This document shows positions 16,226 to 28,377 of a DNA stretch of 64,000 bases, piece by piece. The stretch is from the NCBI RefSeq assembly GCF_009914755.1, contig NC_060947.1. One strand, written 5' to 3'. Below the pieces are notes generated by a model that saw nothing but the letters and a program-made list of their open reading frames with translations, was not told the DNA's origin and searched no databases. How positions within the stretch are numbered: position 1 is the first letter of the stretch; every line of letters starts with the position of its first letter. Source of the stretch: the human T2T-CHM13v2.0 reference genome, Homo sapiens. A program made the position numbers and the translations under genes.

Positions 16226-17784
16226 GTAATCTTACTAAATTCAAGACATAACTATTTTTATTAAGCCAGCATCAATGTCTGATTTATTAAAGATTATACA
16301 AGCAAAGGTCATTCTGTCTTGTGCTGGGTTTGTAGATTTGTAACCCCTATGCCAAATTTTGACACCTTATAATATTTGGCAGGAATAAATATGAAATTGC
16401 TTGATTAATACATGCAAATAAATGTGTGCTGGTGATTCTTAAGACATTTCTAATATTACTTTACCAATAATTTTAAAGCTAGCTTATTTAATAAAGATTT
16501 TAAGTTATGTAAACTTGAAAAAGCATTTGACTAGTCTTTTATTTTTTCCTGATAAAATATTTGATTCAAATGTTTCTATTTTCTTAAGCCAATTAATTAG
16601 CAGTCTTTTATATATTTTCAGTAGTGAAACATTGTGTATGCAACACATAAATACATAGACATATTAGGCATGCCGGTAGAAGCACATCTTATAGTTTTAT
16701 AAAAACCTTTTATTTTCCTATTTTAGACTTTCAGATTCTTGATAACCTGTTTCACAACCCTAGGAAGTTGTCAGCTAAATAGCCTTAAATTTGCATATTA
16801 AAGCAAACAACTCAGGTGAAAAATCAAATAGCAAAATTTATATCATAAGGTACAGAGAGAAAAAGCCTGTTTGTGCTAGAGGGAGATTAAAGATGGATGC
16901 CAAATCAAACATAAATTGTAGAAATCTATCACAGGATTGTATAAGGAGACCAGTTTTATTTAGATAGGGACTACCTATCTTTTGACTGGATCTCTGAGCT
17001 TTGGACAGAGCCTACAATGAATCATGGGTCTCCACAAAGGGATAATTATTGTGAGGTTAGATCACATGATGCTTTTACAGTACACTTAATTTTTTTTTAA
17101 ACAAAGACATTTCTAAGTATCGAAACCATACTCTTCCTTAAAGACCCAAGAGTAACCTCTGTTGCAATAACTATAAACAGGTAATGCAATACAAAAGTAA
17201 GCAGTTTAAGAGCTGAGACGAACTTGTCTGTTTACATTCTTGGGGTTCCATAAGGAAAAACAGGTTTCTCCCCCAAAGGGAGTCAGTCTTCTCCATTTTC
17301 TTTAAAGAATCCCAGGCTGTTATAAAGTATTTTAGGTCCCCATGCAGCAGAGGGTGCAAGAGAAAGAAGAGAAAGCAGAAGTAAATGAAGAAAACAGAAT
17401 TCAGTCAACTGAGAAGAAAAAGCTTTTGCTTCAGAAGAAGACAAGGTCCTAGGAGAAAAACAAAAACAAAAACATGAAGGCCTTTTAAATACAAACACAC
17501 ACATATGGGCACACACAAACACACATCTTGGATGTTAGCTTTTAATTAAGCTGACTTTTGACCATTGAGTTCCTTTTAAAAATACCTTCTTAAATCTCAT
17601 TACCATATCTCAGCTAGGACAAATTGCTGCTATTTCAGAAGGGTAGCCATTGCTTTTTCAGTTTGGCCTGGCTAGGAAAAAGGTGGCCTTGTTATGTAAA
17701 TAAAGTCCCTTTGTAATAAAAATAAAAAATCTTTCCTCTTTTTTTTGTCTTTTTGCTGGCCGTCTTTCTCCTTGCACCACACCA

Positions 17785-17787
<3 letters not shown>

Positions 17788-17814
<27 letters not shown>
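17788..17814 (+). repeat. (GT)n microsatellite
   Basis: About 13-14 GT units. Confidence 0.95.
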
Positions 17815-17818
<4 letters not shown>

Positions 17819-18458
17819 TTAACTCCTTCCGAGGTCTTGTTCCCCATAATTTGGAACTTCCTTGGGATTTGATCAAGTCACATAGAGCTGATCAAACCCA
17901 ATGTGAAAAAGACTGAAACAACAACAAAAACAGAAACAACTAATGACAACAGCAAAAAACAGTTAAGCAAAATAAACAATTGCACAACTTATATGATTAC
18001 TGAGCACTCTAATGGTAAGGAGAAATTAAGATCAGCTGGTTGTTAATCTTAACTTTAGCCAAGACATACTCCAATTTAGTTACTTGCCTAGGGATAGGCT
18101 CAGGCTGAAGACCGCTCTCTAACACCCTAGAAGCAGAAAAAAAAAAAAAACCCTCTTTTTCCCTGTTGGAAGTGAGCTCAAACTCCATAAAGGAATTTCC
18201 TGCCTTCCATCATCATGGAAGCAGGAAAAACTTGTCTTCCTTGTGTTTGTTGGAAGTGTGTACAACTCCAAAAAAAGGAGTTGTACAGCAAAATAAATTT
18301 TAGATCTCAACCAAATTTTGGCAGATCAGAGATTCTCTGGAGGAGGTGCTTCCAGGTCTCAGCAAATTGTCCTATTGGTTTGAGCCATAAGCATAGCTCA
18401 ATCTGATACCAAGCACAGATAGAAGATTTTTCAAAGGTCAGGAGCACCTCCTCTCAGA

Positions 18459-18476
18459 CTCCCTTTGTGGTTATCA
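18459..18476 (-). promoter_or_regulatory. Retroviral primer-binding site, tRNA-Arg type
   Basis: Plus strand GACTCCCTTTGTGGTTATCA resembles the recalled tRNA-Arg(TCG) 3' end GAATCCCTTCGTGGTTACCA; 3 nt from the 5' LTR. Confidence 0.7.
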
Positions 18477-18479
18477 AAA

Positions 18480-18917
18480 TGTGAACCTGAAAATCTGAGA
18501 CAGGTCTCAGTTAATTTAGAAAGTTCATTTTTCCAAGTTTGAGGACCCCCGTGCCTATGACACAGCCTCAGGAGGTCCTGACTACATGTGCCCAAGGTGG
18601 TCAGAGCACAGTTTGGTTTTACACATTTTTTGGAGACATGAAACATCAATCAACATATGTAAGATGAACATTGGTTCAGTCTGGAAAGACGGGACAACTA
18701 TAAGTGGGGAGGGGGTTTCCAGCTCATAGGTAGATAAGACACAAATTGTTGTATTCTTTTGAATTTCTGATTAGCCTCTCCAAAGGAGGCAATCAGATAT
18801 GCATTTATCTCAGTGAGCAGAGGGGTGACTTTGAACAGAATGTGAGGCAAGTATGCCCTAAGAAGTTTTCCCCTTTAGCTTAGTGATTGTGGGGGCCCAA
18901 GGTATTTTCGTTTCACA
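18480..18917 (-). mobile_element. MER4A1-type 5' LTR
   Basis: Aligns end to end with 9361-9808, roughly 10% mismatch by eye plus a ~10 bp deletion. Confidence 0.93.
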
Positions 18918-18921
18918 AAGC

Positions 18922-20520
18922 TCAAGTAATAGTAAAGTGAGGGTAGTCTAAGAAATCTCCAGTCTTCAACTTTAACGAAAGTGGTTCCATATTAGAAGAG
19001 TCCCCTGGTTGTCCCATACAATAGCTAATATTCTGTAAAGAGAATCACATTGATCCTAGGTTTCATTACCAGTACAATAAAGATAATCGGGCATACAAGT
19101 AAACCAGACACCATCAATAACAACAAAAAACAAAAGCAAAACACAGCAAATACCAGAAAAAGACACAAACTTTAGAAAACTCAGTTGTCAGATATAGATT
19201 ATTAAATAATTGTACTTATCATATATACAGTAATAAAAGAAAAAACTTGAAAATATCTGCAAATTAAAGATACCTATGTATGCATTTCTAAATTAAAAAC
19301 TCAATGCATGCTTTTACAGTAGATTATACGTAGCTGAAGAAATAATTATTGTAAGACAGATAAGAAGAAATTATTCAGAATGCAGCAAGTAGATATGAAA
19401 AGCTGGAAATACAGAGGAAAATAAGAGATGTAATGGATACAATAAATAGCCCTTACCTATATCTAGTTGAAATCCCAGCAGGAGAAGATAAAGCACATTA
19501 GGTGGAGGAAATATTTTAGGCGATAATAGTGGAGAAATTTCCACAACTGACAAAAGACACCAATCCACGGTTTTAGAAAGCCCCTCCTCTCTCTAAAATC
19601 CCAATGATAAAAGAGAATAAGTAAACAACAGCTAGATACATTATAGTGAAATCACAGAAACCTGAGAAAGAAAACCTTAAAAGTAGCCTGATAAAAAGAC
19701 ATATAACTTTTAAAAGAGTAGATTAATAGCTGGCTTATAGCAGCAATGGAAGCCAGAAAATAGTGAAATGATTTCATCCATATACTGAGGGAAAATAACT
19801 GTCAACCTAGAATGATATACCCAGTGAACATATCATTCAAGAATGGAGGCAAGATAATGACAGTTTTTAGACAGAAAATTATAAATTACCACCAATAATC
19901 AAGCACTAAAAAGTCTAATAACTATCTATTAAGCTAGCCAACTAGCTATTATCTATCAGTGTATAATGGATATAGTTTATTTTGAAGGCTAATTATTATC
20001 CCACATAATATCTCAGATAATTTATCTCAGATAAGTGTGAGATGCATAAAGAAATAAAGGCTAAATGAAATGATTATATAAATTATAATGAACTAAATGT
20101 TTTAATCAAAATAAGACAATTGCCAGAATGGAAAAAATCCAACTTTAAGCAGTTCACAAGAGATGCATTCAAAATATAAGAATATGTAAACTAAAAGAAT
20201 ATAAAAAATTAGATTATGCAAACACTAATAAAATACAATTTTTATAGCTGTATTAATTTCAGACATTTTTAAGGCAAAATGCAATCTTAGAGAGAAAGGT
20301 CACTTTATAATGAAAAAAGGTTAATGTTGCCCCAAAATATCGCATTTAAAAATTATGCACCTAGTAACATAGTAACAACAGATATAAAGTTGACAGATAC
20401 AAAGAGAAATAAAGTCAATAAGCATAGTTGGAGATTTTATCATAACTCAGAAAAACCAAAAAGGATTATAAGAGATTTGATCAATATGCTAAACAAACTT
20501 TACTTTATGGACAAATATAA
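18922..20520 (+). mobile_element. Ancient L1M ORF1 to ORF2-start remnant
   Basis: GCAATGGAAGCCAGAAAATAGTGAAATGA...AACTGTCAACCTAGAAT..., AATTATGCACCTAGTAACATAG. Confidence 0.7.
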
Positions 20521-20539
20521 TATTTAAAATTTGGTAACA

Positions 20540-21100
20540 TTTGTCCCATGGCTAGAACACACTAATCTAGAAACCAAGAGATAGAGGATGGAGAACAGCC
20601 TCTCAGGATTACACCTCATCACTCACTTGAAAATTACACCTCATCACTCACTTGAAAAATGTTTGCTTGCCATCTTCACATCTTTGGACTATGATTGTAT
20701 AATGGTCTTAGAGCCCCACAAAGGAAGACTTATGCCATAGCACTCAACAAAGGTTTCACTAAATTGAAAACTGAGACTGCAACATGGTCATTTCAGGTAT
20801 TTTTTGACACTTGATTGATAATCAATATACGGGTTACTATATTGTCTAAAATAATTAATATCAGTTTTTAAGAGGAACTAAGATTGTTGATATCCAAAGG
20901 TAACAGGGATACTTATGTTTGGATCTCAGGAGACTTTTTGGGAAATCTTCCTATACTCCAATTTCCAATGATAAAAATCAGTTGAGATACATCACGGCCC
21001 CCCCAGAACATCATACACCTCAGGAATAAAATTCTGAGTAGTCTATCCACCAGCTAATTATACTTCCTACCGACTCTCTGGCTGAAAGCATAAAGCAAAG
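20540..21100 (+). mobile_element. ERVL-type internal fragment (integrase/dUTPase region), degenerate
   Basis: GAAACCAAGAG...GGTTTCACTAAATTGAAAACTGAGACTGC...GGTCATTTCAGG resembles ERVL-E int; 25-bp tandem duplication at 20608-20657. Confidence 0.6.
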
Positions 21101-21109
21101 AGAATAAGT

Positions 21110-22445
21110 AATGATTCCAGTAATGGCAGACTATAACATGAAAGTCATCCCTCATACTGAGAACAACCAAATAATCTGAATATGTTTTTTAAAAATATGA
21201 TGAAAGACATCATAGAGTTAACAAAGCAAGAAGTATATGTAGCAAAAATACAGAAGAAGAAGAAGAAAACCCAGAGAGGTAATTTGAGATTTGGTGGTTG
21301 CTTTTTCCTTAGGGAAATTTTTCAATTCCAGAAGAGACTACTGAAAGGCTACAAACTGAGCAGAAATTTTAACAGGTCCATATGCTTAGGAAGACAAAAA
21401 CTAGAGTCCAAGGCCTGCCAAGGAGACACGCTGGTAAAATCTTCAGGCTTTGGGCTAAAATCCCAAATATTAGTTCTCTAGGAGTAAGAGTGAACCATGC
21501 CTAGACTAGGACTTGTAGTGCTTTAAGATCATCATAGAATCATCTTCATACCTGAATGGATTAAGGTTCTTCTGGGATTGATAATGCTCCTTTAGCTCTA
21601 ACCCAGAAGCAAACAAATCTTCTGTGTAGGAAGGTAGCATCTTTCTAGGCCTCAAATTATAATTTTTCACATATGATATCCAGCACACAATCTTTTTTTT
21701 ATTATTTTTATTGTCATATTTTTTAAAATTATACTTTAAATTCTGGGATACAAGTGCAGAATGTACAAGTTTGTTACATAGGTATACACGTGCCATGGTG
21801 GTTTGCTGCACCCATCAACCCGTCATGTACATTAGGTATTTCTCCTAATGCTGTCCCTCCCCTAGTCCCCCACCCCCCGACAGGCCCCAGTGTGTGACGT
21901 TCCCATCTCTGTGTCCATGTGTTCTTATTGATCAACTCCCACTTATGAGTGAGAACATGCGGTGTTTAGTTTTCTGTTCTTGTGTTAGTTTGCTGAGAAT
22001 GATGGTTTCCAGCTTCATCCATATCCCTGCAAAGGACATGAACTTATCCTTTTTTTATGGCTGCATAGTATTCCATGGTGTATGTGTGCCACATTTTCTT
22101 TATCTAGTCTATCATTGATGAGCATTTGGGTTGGTTTCAAGTCTTTGCTATTGTGAACAGTGCCACAATACACATACAAGCAGCACACAATCTTAAATAG
22201 CTATGCATAGGAGGTGACAGAACAATATGAACAAAACCCAAAACAAATAAGGCAAATTGAAATAAACACACAGACAATCCATATAATGGTGTTTGGAGAC
22301 ATAGATTTTAATATGTTTATCATGAATCTATTATGCTTAATATTAATTAAAATGGAGCCTTATGAAAAATAATAAACTAAATATTCTAGAATTGAAAACT
22401 TTAAAAATAAACTAAAACTAATAACTTAAAGATGAATTTAACAGC
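21110..22445 (+). mobile_element. Ancient L1M 5'UTR/ORF1 start; resumes at 27151-27340
   Basis: GATTCCAGTAATGGCAGACTA start; GATGAATTTAACAGC joins ATAGTAGACACAG...TGGAAGACAG across the ERV. Confidence 0.6.
21695..22180 (-). mobile_element. L1PA7-like 3' end with perfect TSD
   Basis: TSD CAGCACACAATCTT at 21681-21694 and 22181-22194; TTCTGGGATACA...GGTTTGCTGCACCCATCAACCCGTC. Confidence 0.93.
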
Positions 22446-22765
22446 TCTTAACCTAAATAACCATCAGAGAGAAGCTCTCTAAACCAAAAATATATGTATT
22501 TGAGATACAGCATGGCAATGGGAATATGCATGTCATAGTAAACTATGTGTGTATTCAGGGAAGTAAAGGAAGACAAAGGTTTTTTTGTTTGTTTCTTTGT
22601 TTGTTTTTTAATGAGGAGATTGTCCTTGGCCACAAAGATCCATAGCAAGGGTGATGCCAGTCCTAGTTGGGACAGGCAGTTGCTGAGCAGATGTCCTTGT
22701 AAAAGGATATTTATGTGTAAGCTTGCCGTGGACTTTGAGCAAGGTTGTGGATTTTGAAGAATGCA
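22446..22765 (-). mobile_element. MER65-like LTR (partial 3' LTR)
   Basis: AACCTAAATAACC...AGAGAGAAGCTCTCTAAA...GCAATGGGAATATGCATGTCATAGTAAACTATGTG resembles the reverse complement of a MER65 LTR end. Confidence 0.7.
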
Positions 22766-23340
22766 CCTCTTGTAAACAGCTTAGAGCTATATTTTTTCAA
22801 ACTTAACAAGACATAACTTTAAGATGTAAAATTAAATGGAAAGTTTATGATGTTTATTGTATTTATATTAACTTAATTTTGAGTAGTTTATTTAGATTAT
22901 GAAAACTGAGATATTAGTCAAAGTTATAATTTTAAGGTTTTTGGTAAATTATTTTCATAGTTTGTAAATATTAGGTGTTTAGGAACCTTACAGTTAAATT
23001 CATGAGTACTTTGTTGATAACTTAGAAGACAAATTAGTTTCATTTAGTAAAAAGTTACATAAACAAAGATTATTTTTTAAGGCTGGGCTTGTAGTTTTAC
23101 ATCATTTGTGACAAATCTTGACATATTAAAATATTTAGTAGAGACGAATATAAAACTGACCAGTAAACTTGGGTAAAAATATATGTTGACCATTTTAAAG
23201 AAATTTATATTTTTATTTTATTGTTTTAAAACTGGTTTATTTATTAAAGATGTATTTAAGTCATGGGAACTAAAGGCATTTGCGTTAATTATATATTTTA
23301 TATGAATGTGTATTTATTTACGTTAATTTTAATAAAATTT

Positions 23341-24371
23341 ATTTTTGGAAACTGACATTTATTTGTCACCAACCTTATTTCTATCTTGCATAAGAGCCTG
23401 TGGAAGAACAGCTTAAGATCACTCAGAGGTTGTTCCTACCCGTTCAGTGGTCTGAGCAGCGGGAGCTGCAAATCAATCTTCCCTGGCAGGCTGAGCACTC
23501 TAGTCTTGAGTAGAGAACTGCTTGATAAGCACTGAGGATACCTGCCCACTTTCAGACCAATCTGCAACCTCAGGCTGAGTAGCAGTGAACTCAGGAGCTG
23601 CAGCAGCAGTCCATACACCCTGAAACTCCTCCTTGGTTATGGTCTTTTCAGCAACGTCTGCTCTTCCTTTTCAGTCTTTTCAGGATTTCTGTAGAAGTAA
23701 AGATCAGGCAGGACCTTCCATGGATGCTCATGGGAGATGGTACCGTGTGTGTACAACTTCCAAGCTGGCATTCACCATCAGACCCACTGAGGGAACTCCC
23801 TTGTTGCATGGGATGGCAATGTCCACACAATGCAGAGGAGAATCTGTTTTCCACAGAGCAATGGGAGTCAGGTTAACATAAGATTACTCTGTGAGAGGTA
23901 ATGGTCAGCCCTGGGATCAGTAACCACCAGAAACTGGAGCTCCGAGAAGGCCGCTTGGATTTGGTTAGTGAAGTTTCCAGGAGTGAAGTGACCAGCAATA
24001 GGAATGGCTCCAGTGGCAGTGGTGCGCTTCAGCACAACCCAGCAGCCAGAATTCCTGGAGGATAAGACAGGGAAATCAGCAAGGTTTTCAGTGGCAACAA
24101 TGACAAGAGCTGCCAGCAGAAGCTTCTCCCAGGTCTTCTTCATATTTATGATGCAGATGCCATCACTTTTCTTTTATACTTGTGCTGTCCCATTTGGAAG
24201 TCAAGGTTGGGGCTACCTAAGTGAGTTCCTGCTGCAAGCAAGTTGAGGATATCATCCTCCTTCATTGGCAGGATATCAAGGATTCCAGACATTGTGAAAT
24301 TTTCTCTTTAAGCGATTCCAGGAATCCAGAACAATGCCCTGTGGACCCCTCTCTAGGTAGCGTGGAAAAAG
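23341..24371 (-). pseudogene. RPSA: Processed pseudogene of 40S ribosomal protein SA (laminin receptor)
   Basis: Intronless; pyrimidine 5' start CTTTTTCCACGCTACC at 24371; ATG 24292-24290; fragments [43 protein letters not shown]; TAA 23415-23413; AATAAA; many frameshifts. Confidence 0.96.
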
Positions 24372-25109
24372 CTGAATAGAACTTTTAAGGGTTTTTTGAC
24401 TGATGGTATGAGACTTTATTATGTAGACACTGCATATAACACAATATATGCAGATATGTGCAAACACACTTGAACACATATATGTATACGAATAAAGATT
24501 TTATTTTCATTTTAGAATTTTATTTATAAAATAGTAAGATAAAATTATTGGTTTATAGAAGATAGCTGTATCTAAATGATATTTTTAACAAAATTGGGAC
24601 CTGTTTACATGACTAAACTTTATTTCTCTTGATAGGTAATTTAATGAAAGCTGTGGACTAAAGTTGTGGGTCAAGTAGTTTTTATAGAAATTTGATTTTA
24701 GAAAACTTAATTATTTTACTTTTAAAATGAGTTTAGGGTTAAATTTTTAACTGTTTATATATTTTTTAGGACTGGCTGAATTGTATAAGAAAAACAAATA
24801 GTTTTGAACTAGTAATAAATTTAATTTTTGTTTGTCAGCTGTTTCGCTTGATTAGTAAATGTGGATCAGGAGGAATTTTAGTAAGTTTTTTGGCTTTTTT
24901 TGTTTTTGTGTGGCAGAAAAAGCAAAATTTTTGTGTTGGAAAGAGATATATTATTGTTTTGAGCTTATGGTTCTGACTTGCTAGATTTGAGAGTCAAACA
25001 TAAACATTTATTTAGGTTTTTCATTGGTTATTAATTTGTAATTAAGTATTTTATTACCATAAGTGATTGTTAGGCAAATTTAGATTTATATTTCTAAAAG
25101 ATGTTTAGG

Positions 25110-25334
25110 ACACTCATATGTGGGAGTTGAACAATGAGAACACATGGACACAGGGAGAGGAACATCACACACCAGGGCCTATCGAGGGGTGCAGGACTAG
25201 GGGAGGGATAGCATTAGGAGAAACATGTAATGTAGATGACAGGTTGATGGGTGCAGCAAACCACCATGGCACGTGTATACCTATGTAAGAAACCTGCACG
25301 TTCTGCACATGCACCCCAGAACTTAAAGTATAAT
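25110..25334 (+). mobile_element. L1PA7/8-like 3' end
   Basis: TSD AAAAGATGTTTAGG (25096-25109) / AAAAGGTGTTTAGG (25335-25348). Confidence 0.92.
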
Positions 25335-25519
25335 AAAAGGTGTTTAGGTTATTGGTTATTATGGAATTGCTGTAACTTGTAAAGTCATTAATTTGGAAGT
25401 CTTTAAGCCTTTTTTTTTTTTTTTGGCTTGGAAATCTCTAAGCCTTTTTTTTGGCTATAAAGTCATAAGTGTAAGTTTTATCTCAACACTAGTAGAAAAG
25501 TTAGTAGATTTAAAGTAGG

Positions 25520-25797
25520 GAAGTTAATGAGTACAAATGTATACTTAGATAGAAGGAATAAGTTTTGGTATTCAGTATAACAGTATGGTAGTTATAGTTA
25601 TCAACAATATATTATATCTTTCAAAATAGCTAGAAGAGAAGCTTTGAAATGTTCCCAACACAAGGAAATGATAAATGTTCAAAGTGATGGATATGATAAA
25701 TGTTCAAAGGGACTTGATCATTACACATTCTATGTATGTATCAAAATATTACATTCAACCCATAAATGTGTACAAATATTATGTATTAATAAAAATG
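25520..25797 (+). mobile_element. L1MA-type 3' end
   Basis: TTAGATAGAAGGAATAAGTT...CAAAATAGCTAGAAGAG...; flanked by TAAAGTAGG at 25511-25519 and 25798-25806. Confidence 0.88.
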
Positions 25798-26504
25798 TAA
25801 AGTAGGTAGAGAAAAATACAGAGAGGGAGAACTTAGAGGGCTTTATATGTTAATATTCAATTGTAGTGGTTTTTTAGAGAATTTGAATAACAGCTACTTG
25901 CATTTTCAATTTTTGATGTAATTTTATTAGTTTAAAAATGTGTACAATATGTAGTTGGCTGGAGTCTCAGGAAATTTGGCATGTCCTAATGCCTGAGAAT
26001 TTTGTTTTGTATTTTTTTTTTTTTAGAATAAAGAAAATTTTGCTAATTTTGTTAGAGAATATTAGGGGTTTTGGCTGCCATTTTAGATGGCAGTGACTGT
26101 CTTAGTGGTTTTTAATTAGCTATTTTGTGTTTACTATTTAGAATGTCTATTTTTGTTTTGGGGATGTTTTCAGAAACAAGTAAGAGAGAAGAGTTAAACT
26201 AAATCAAAAGAAACTAAGATAAGAGCGTTTATAAAAACTTTAACCCAGATGTGTAAATTAAACAAAATATTAAACTAGGTGTGTAGACTAAACTGAAAGT
26301 AAATTTATTAGAAAATACATGTTTAACAGACAGAACGTAAATTTTGTAGAAATTAGAGTATTTAGTCTAAAAGACACTTGTCTTTATATTCAAAAAGACT
26401 TATCAGAAAGACCAAAAAAATATTTCAGGAAGGTTGTGTGGCCTTTTATTAAGGTGGCCTTATTTAAACTAGAGTTTGAATAATATTAAAAATCATTTAT
26501 TAAA

Positions 26505-26990
<486 letters not shown>

Positions 26991-27341
26991 TGAGAAGGAG
27001 GCTTGGTTTGAGAGAAGACTTACAAAGGCAGAAAAGGCGAGCCATGGAAATGGAGAGCTCAAAGGTTTTAAGTGAGTACTGTACACTGGTTTTAAGAATC
27101 ATCAATTTTTGTGGTGATCTTTTTCAAGTTAAAATATGTAATATTACAGCATAGTAGACACAGTGGAAGGAAGAATAATCTGGAAGACAGAAAGAAAATA
27201 GCTAGAATAAAAGTCAGAGACAAAAGGGCAGAATTTACAAAAAAGAGTGTACAAGACATAAGAAGAAAAATATGCTTTCAATATGTCAAAGTAGCTTCTA
27301 TGAAAAATCTCCAAGCGAGTGAAAAAGAAACATAAAACCCA

Positions 27342-27818
27342 GTGCATGAGTTTCCTACTGCTGTTGCAGCAAATTACCACAAACTTAATGATTTGAAATA
27401 ACACAAACTTATTCTCTTTCAGTTCTGATAGTAAGTAGTCACAAAGGAACCTCAAAGTAATAAAATCAAGGTGTTGGCAGAACTGGTTCCTTCTGGAGAC
27501 TTCAGGGGAAGATACATTATTTGCTTTTTGCATATTTTAGGGACTACTGGCATTCCTTGCCTCATGCCCATATTCCAGTCTCTTACTTCCACATCACATC
27601 TCCTGTTATTCACTCTAACTTCTAGCCTCCCTCTTATAGTTAATTTTGTAATTACATATGGCCCACCCAGATAATTCAAGATAATCCCCTCATCTCAAGA
27701 TCTTTGATCTAATAACATCTGCAGAGTCCCTATTGTCATATAAGATAATATGAACAGTTTCTAGGGACTAGAATGTAGACATTGTTTGCGGGGGGGCCAT
27801 TATTCTGCCAGCTACACA
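27342..27818 (-). mobile_element. MLT1C/D-like MaLR solo LTR
   Basis: GTTTCCTACTGCTG...AAATTACCACAAACTT...GGCCCACCCAGATAAT...GGGCCATTATTCTGCC. Confidence 0.85.
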
Positions 27819-27819
27819 T

Positions 27820-28377
27820 AGACACACTTAAGGGAGGAAAATTTTGAATTACTGAAATTCCAGAAAGAAGAAAAAAATGAGGTGAGTTCACTTTTCTCTG
27901 TTAGTTGTCTTTTTCAGGCAATTGTCAATTTATAAGCAGGATGGAGCTGAGAAGCACAGTAGAAAGTGATGGCTAACAACTTTTGGCAGGGCAGTATCAT
28001 GGGGTTTAAAAAACAAAAATTAGAGTCCAAGACTAGGATTCAAGGGGCCAAGATCTTTGAGGAAAGACAATTGTGCATACGTGATCTTGATATTCTCTGT
28101 CAGTTTTCTCCAGCAACCATCTTCAAGATGTGACAAGAGACCAAAAAGCCAAATAGAAAGCAGCAGCTAAGAGCCTCAAAAGCTAAGCAGAAATTTCAGC
28201 ATTCTCACAGTTCTGGAAAGATAAGAATTGGAACTAAAGATTAGTAAAATGGATGGAGCTTCTTTAAACACTCCAGTATTAAAATTAATATCTGTGAAGG
28301 TCAACATCCTAGAAATATTGGAAAACCTGAAATAGATCAGCCATTTCAAAAACATAAATCAACACTCAAATAATCTT
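27820..28377 (+). mobile_element. Ancient L1M 5' region; resumes at 31337-31810
   Basis: Similar to 21250-21500 (TAGAGTCCAAG, CTAAGCAGAAATTT); ORF1-like sequence after 31600. Confidence 0.5.

Noticed and set aside
18457-18476. tRNA-like sequence as a tRNA gene
   Set aside because: Only the ~18-20 nt 3' end is present, next to an LTR, so it is a primer-binding site
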